From assembly GCA_030167865.1 (NCBI GenBank), contig JALAGF010005857.1, positions 1 to 64,000 of the forward strand: a stretch of 64,000 bases of DNA, written 5' to 3'. This stretch comes from Craspedostauros australis. Its lineage: Eukaryota. Positions 58,927-64,000 of this stretch are shown piece after piece. Below the pieces are notes generated by a model. That model saw only the letters and a list, made by a program, of their open reading frames with translations. It did not search any database and was not told the DNA's origin. Position numbers and translations under genes: made by a program. Numbering within the stretch: the first letter of the stretch is position 1; every line of letters starts with the position of its first letter.

Positions 58927-60416
58927 ATGAGCCGAATACTTGCGCGCAAGATGATGCCGTCCATTGCGGCAGCCACCGCTGCAGCAGCAACCAACGGAGC
59001 CGTATCGACGACGAGGCAGAGCGCAGCCCGGGCATTCGCATCGCACGCACTGAGTTCGTCTGGACGGCCGGGTCTGTCGCAGCAGAGACAATCGTGGCAG
59101 CAGCAGATGCAGCCACAGCAGATGAACCAAACGCGCGCCTACTCTCTGGACGGCGTCGGCGGCAGCAGCGGAGGCTCCGGAACGTCCCTCGATTGGCCAG
59201 TCAGAAAGGCCAACACCATCTTCAACATCGTGCCGCAGGGATACAAGGTCGTCGTGGAGAGGTTCGGAAAGCTGCATTCCATCGAGGAGTCCGGCTGGTT
59301 CCTCGCCATCCCGCTCGTCGACACCATCTCCTACGTCATCGACGTGCGCGAACGTGCGCTCGACATCAAACCGCAGACGGCCATCACGAGGGACAACGTT
59401 TCCGTGGAGGTCTCCGGCAATCTCTTCATCCAGTTCCATAATGCGGAACGTGCTGCCTACGGTGCCTTCAATCCATTGTACAGTGTCGTGCAGGTACGTT
59501 TCATTGCATTCCAGTATATTGTATTGCATTGTAATATATTGTATTGTGTTCTGTCATGGTGGATTATGGTGGTGTTCATTCGATCACAACGAATGACAAC
59601 CAATTTGCAACAAATGCCGAGACAGCAACAGTCACCGTCTCACCATCGATTCTGCTCCATTATGCTCCACCATACGTACCCGATTCAATGTCTCCGTACG
59701 TTCCGCAGCACTCCCAATCGGCGATGCGCTCGGCAATTGGTGAACTGGAACTCGATGAGATCTTGCACAACAGAGCGAGGTTGAACGCCCTCATCAAGGG
59801 AAGCTTGCAAGAAGCGGCCGTGCCGTGGGGTTTGGAAATCCGTCGCTACGAAATCACAGATATCACGCCGGATCAGCAAATTCGCATCGCCATGGACAAG
59901 CAGGCCGCAGCCGAGCGCGTGCGTCGAGAACAGGTCCTGCGGGCGGAGGGAGACAAACAGCGTGCGCAGCTGACGTCTGAGGGAGTCAAGATCAGCCTCA
60001 CCAACGAATCCGAAGGTAACCTCGTCAAGGTCAAGAACGAGGCCGAGGCGACGAAGCAGAAATTGCTGCTTGAGGCGCAGGGTCAGGCCGAGGCCATTCG
60101 TCTCACCGCGCAGGCCCAAGCCGAGGCCCTGCACTTGATCGCCACGCAGCTCCAAAAGACGGGAGGTTCGGAAGCCGCAAAGCTTGCCCTTGCGCGCGAC
60201 TACGTGTCCATGTACGGGGAGATGGGTCAGAAATCGAACACCATCATGTTCAACGACAAGGCCGGCGACGTCAACGCCCTCCTCTCGCAGGCTGTCGTGG
60301 CCATGCAGGCAACAGCTTCCCAAGTCAAGCTGCCGCAGGGTGCCACTTCCAATGATGCTGCCGCTGGTGCTGATGGAGGGGTTCCTCGTTTTGTTGCAGC
60401 CACCGAATCCAAATAG
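58927..60416 (+). CDS. Stomatin-like protein 2 (SPFH/band-7), mitochondrial; intron 59494-59708
   Basis: Motifs VPQG..VVERFGK, QTAITRDNV, QSAMRSAIGELELD, WGLEIRRYEI and AAAER.RR...AEG. Mitochondrial-type presequence. Confidence 0.93.
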
Positions 60417-60674
60417 ATATGTGAAACGTGCGCCCTCACCAGAAATTGACCAACTATTCAACAACGAGCCACAGCATGCACTGTTGGTTGCAATATCGAA
60501 TCCCATACTACATACACACTAAAGTTGAGTAGAGTACACGCTGTTGGCTCACTCCCCGCTACGATTAGACAACGAACTTCCTTCGTTCGATACTTCTTGC
60601 TTCCATACGTACTCATACCATACGATAGGCATCCACCTGCAGGTTCGTCCCCCTGCGGCCACACCACAGCCGCT

Positions 60675-63600
60675 TTATCCTGCAACCAAAAAGTCCTCCA
60701 AATCGACGTAGGCGTCCTCCTTCGTCACGTCGTTCTCATCGAAGGCCAGGTCTGATCGTAGCCATTCATCGATGAGCGGATTACGACTTCGAGGAACGGC
60801 TTTTGGTCGATGCCGCCGTTTCTTCGTCGACCGCGTGGTGCGTTTCTTCGCCTTCTTTTCAGGCGACAACCGCAGGTGCTCCAGCTTCGGAGTCGACGCC
60901 TTCAAGCTCTCCATCTTGGCCTCGATGATCTCCAATAATCCCCTTTGAATCTCGTGGCGTTGTGATGTCGATGGCGTTGCAAGAGACGCCTCCAGGTTCA
61001 TCCCCGGTGACAGTGATGGCGGTTGTGATGGTGTCTGATTGAAAGGATTGTACTGAACTATCCTTCCGATGCGACGCAGCACCTGCGATGCGGAGCTGTT
61101 TGATGGCGTGGATGATCCAGCTGGTGGAGATGAGGAGGACAGGATGATGGAACGCAGCGATCCCAGTGACTTCTCCAGATTCACCGACATCCTGGAAACC
61201 TCTTTCAACAGCTTCATCATCTCAGGATTCACCCTTTGACGGTTCTCCTTCAACAATGCCGTCTTGCGGCTCTCTCGAAGGTACCAGATCCGAAGCAAGA
61301 TCGTCACATCGTGGTGCGCTGCTCTGTGCCCGCTGCACGACAGCAGCCATGCATACACGCAGCACAGACTTTCCACGAACGTTGATTTGTCATGCGCGCT
61401 GCGTCGTGGATCTGCTTCTATCGATTCGAAGAGATTTGAGACGACGCGAGTGGATTTTGAGATTGCACCCAGTGTGTCCCGAAGCAACTGGAGCAAGTCG
61501 AGCTGCTGAGGCGTTGGCAACGACATGGAGACCACCTCCAGAATCGGCCCGCCAACAGTCTCGATGAATGGCTGAAGGACCAGGCTGGTCTTGTGAAGGG
61601 TGTCCGCGAGCATGGATTGACGATCATGAAAATAGCGGCACATCGCGACGTTTGCATCTCTGCTACAATCGCTTTCATTGGTGGCGGTGCTGCTGCTGCT
61701 GCCGCTGCCGCCATCAGTATGAGGATGAGCATAAACACCGTCGTCATCACGATCGGTTGCCGCCTCGCAAGGCGAACCTCCCACTATGTTCATGGAAAAT
61801 CTCCAGCGCTCCCTGTAAACGCAGAACCACGAGGAAAGCGTATGCAACCAATCCTGCTTCGTCGCAGGGGCATGGGAACTGATCTGCTTTTGATCCAATG
61901 CTTGCCCAACGGCTGCATCCCCGTAGGTTCCCAGCTGATTCGCGTTGTTTAGCTGTTGCGGTCCTGATAAGGCAGATGGATTTGGATAACCATGACCACC
62001 ACGCTTCCGAGTCCCACTAATCCCGGTGATGTCATCCCATGGTGTGTGATCGGCATCGCCCAATGATGCCCATGTCATCAGTATTCTTGCACATTGCTCG
62101 AAGGATGTGCCTTCCATCTTGGCAATCGCGTTGGACACAAAAGCTTGGCCGGAGAACGGATCAAAGGAACACACCTCCCATGATGCGACGATGATGCCGT
62201 AGCACAATGCTGGGAGATCGCTGCTGCAAAGTACCATCAGGCGTCGAGAAGTGGGATTCTGGACTGGCAAAGACTTCGGTGCGGTACTCCACATTCGTTG
62301 GATCATTCCGACCAGGGACTCCAGCAAGGATGGCAGCGTGTCCAATGCCGGGAACTGTTGGACATATGCATGGATCAGCCGGCCTGCGCCATCAATCGTC
62401 TTCAGCATGGACGAGACGATTGCGTCGGATAGACCCCCGCTATGATCGTATTGCCCAAGTTCCAAGTCCCTGGAGACTGAAGTCATCAATGACAACACAG
62501 CTTTCGGTGATATGCTGCCATGTCTATGCTGCTGTGGATCTGCATGCCCGGCACCGTTCCCAGTCGGCAGCGTGCCGTGGCCTCGTGCGGTGGACTGAAG
62601 TCGAGCAAGTTCGCATTGGCTGCAGTGCTGCAATGCGTTGAACAGTTGCTGTCGCAATTGCTGGACCGTGCGCCGGCACATCTGGACCTGATCGTCGCTG
62701 GCCATAACACCAGTAGCTGGCCGTGCTGGGTCTGGGCTGTTGCTGAGTCTTGGGGGAAACGATGCCAATGTCGAAGCAAGCCGCGATGCACCTTCCTCGC
62801 ATCCAATCACTTTGTAAAGAGCCTGCAATCCACGAAAAACGAGAGGAGCCTGATGAAGATCAATTGACTCTGCCCAGGCCCGATGGCCCCCATTTCCACT
62901 CTGAGCTATCGAATTTGCAGTGATGCAGAACTTATCCAGAGTGTACCGAGCAACAGACAGAGCGTCACGAAGCGACGTCGCCGAGGTTGACGGCTGTTGC
63001 ATCATGCAGTGAGTGATCACGGTCGATACAGCCAAGAAGAGCGAACTCACCGACCCCAATGTCTTCGCACCCTGTTTGCTACCAGCACTTGGCGCCATCT
63101 TCTCCCGGAGCCGGATCAGTTGCGCGATGCCGCGAATGGACATCATGAATGGGTTGGATGGGGCTTGTTTTGGAGATACTGGAACGAACAGCAGCTCTGC
63201 GAAGAAGTCGATGATTGCAGGCAGCATGTCTCCGTGTGCTCTCCGCCGGACAACATGGCCACTGCCCAGATAATGATGGAACTGAAGCTGGTTTTCCTTT
63301 GATGATAGGCCGCTGGCCCATGCGTTGACGAGCTCGTCAGCTGTATCCAAATTCAGTCGTTTCAAAGTGGCTGGATTGAAATAGAGAGATGAGTGGTGCT
63401 GAACCGTGGTCTCAGCATGTCTCTTTCCTCGCACATTTGACTGCTGGTGCCCATGCTGACTATCAAGCTGGGTGTTGGTGTGGTCTTGAAGGATAGACAT
63501 GGCGACGAAGAACAGCTCGCAGCTTGCCAGGAATCCCGGCAATGGCCACGAGGCACTATCCATGTCGACTGCCACATTAGCATCGTCATCGAAGATGCCA

Positions 63601-64000
63601 TCACTATCTTTTCCTTCGTTCATCCGCCTCGGCGGCGATTCGCTTTCGATAATCCTGCGCAGTAGCTTCTGCCGTTGTTGAGACAGGGTGCCATGCATGA
63701 ATGTGCTGTAGCTGCTGATACAGGCGCTGTAAACCAGCAGGTCAAAGCAAAGGCCAAGGAGCTCCTGAAAATGCTCGTACTGGATGGTCATGGCAGATGC
63801 TGCTTCTGGTACGGTGTTGGTTGAGTGGCCCTGGACTGTTGATGCGACTCTCTCGGGGCGGAATGTTACCTCAGTTGCTGCGTCGTGGTCGAAGAACAGC
63901 ATCAACCGACAGATGCACGCTCTCAGTAGAAAGTCTGCTCCCCGCACGGACGGCGTCGCCTTGTGAATGACGCTTTTTATTGTGGCATAGAGCCACTGTC
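60675..64000 (-). CDS. Large hypothetical helical protein (>1100 aa), 5' end outside the window
   Basis: The frame stays open from the window edge to the stop at 60675. Leu-rich, with a basic NLS-like tract and a C-terminal RSRNPLIDEWL...DAYVDLEDFL motif. Confidence 0.75.
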   Translation of the reverse strand, partial: QWLYATIKSVIHKATPSVRGADFLLRACICRLMLFFDHDAATEVTFRPERVASTVQGHSTNTVPEAASAMTIQYEHFQELLGLCFDLLVYSACISSYSTFMHGTLSQQRQKLLRRIIESESPPRRMNEGKDSDGIFDDDANVAVDMDSASWPLPGFLASCELFFVAMSILQDHTNTQLDSQHGHQQSNVRGKRHAETTVQHHSSLYFNPATLKRLNLDTADELVNAWASGLSSKENQLQFHHYLGSGHVVRRRAHGDMLPAIIDFFAELLFVPVSPKQAPSNPFMMSIRGIAQLIRLREKMAPSAGSKQGAKTLGSVSSLFLAVSTVITHCMMQQPSTSATSLRDALSVARYTLDKFCITANSIAQSGNGGHRAWAESIDLHQAPLVFRGLQALYKVIGCEEGASRLASTLASFPPRLSNSPDPARPATGVMASDDQVQMCRRTVQQLRQQLFNALQHCSQCELARLQSTARGHGTLPTGNGAGHADPQQHRHGSISPKAVLSLMTSVSRDLELGQYDHSGGLSDAIVSSMLKTIDGAGRLIHAYVQQFPALDTLPSLLESLVGMIQRMWSTAPKSLPVQNPTSRRLMVLCSSDLPALCYGIIVASWEVCSFDPFSGQAFVSNAIAKMEGTSFEQCARILMTWASLGDADHTPWDDITGISGTRKRGGHGYPNPSALSGPQQLNNANQLGTYGDAAVGQALDQKQISSHAPATKQDWLHTLSSWFCVYRERWRFSMNIVGGSPCEAATDRDDDGVYAHPHTDGGSGSSSSTATNESDCSRDANVAMCRYFHDRQSMLADTLHKTSLVLQPFIETVGGPILEVVSMSLPTPQQLDLLQLLRDTLGAISKSTRVVSNLFESIEADPRRSAHDKSTFVESLCCVYAWLLSCSGHRAAHHDVTILLRIWYLRESRKTALLKENRQRVNPEMMKLLKEVSRMSVNLEKSLGSLRSIILSSSSPPAGSSTPSNSSASQVLRRIGRIVQYNPFNQTPSQPPSLSPGMNLEASLATPSTSQRHEIQRGLLEIIEAKMESLKASTPKLEHLRLSPEKKAKKRTTRSTKKRRHRPKAVPRSRNPLIDEWLRSDLAFDENDVTKEDAYVDLEDFLVAG

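Overview
Gene-dense eukaryotic nuclear DNA, most likely from a diatom. Evidence for this: short GT-AG introns, bipartite signal-peptide+Phe plastid presequences, RXL motifs and COG3899-like STAND ATPases. About 18 protein genes are supported: a divergent ClpS-like plastid protein, an Na+/H+ exchanger with a large N-terminal lumenal domain, an mTERF-like/ankyrin protein, TOP2, BRR2/SNRNP200, a two-HMG-box protein, a two-RRM protein, mitochondrial uS9, COQ3, an RMP1/NEPRO-like protein, a stand-alone STAND ATPase, a secreted dirigent-like protein, an H15-FKBP fusion, a 7-exon soluble adenylate cyclase, a bZIP factor, a stomatin-like protein and hypothetical proteins. A G-rich minisatellite with assembly gaps occupies the first ~790 bp. 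The best novel candidate is a tiny plastid-targeted gene at 15282-15794. Its spliced mRNA reads ...CGFCIG-UGA-SGQTNCPVSGL-UAA and is followed by a long hairpin and a SECIS-like stem-loop (16452-16538), consistent with a possibly undescribed small plastid selenoprotein. All calls come from reading the sequence by eye; no database searches or folding programs were run.
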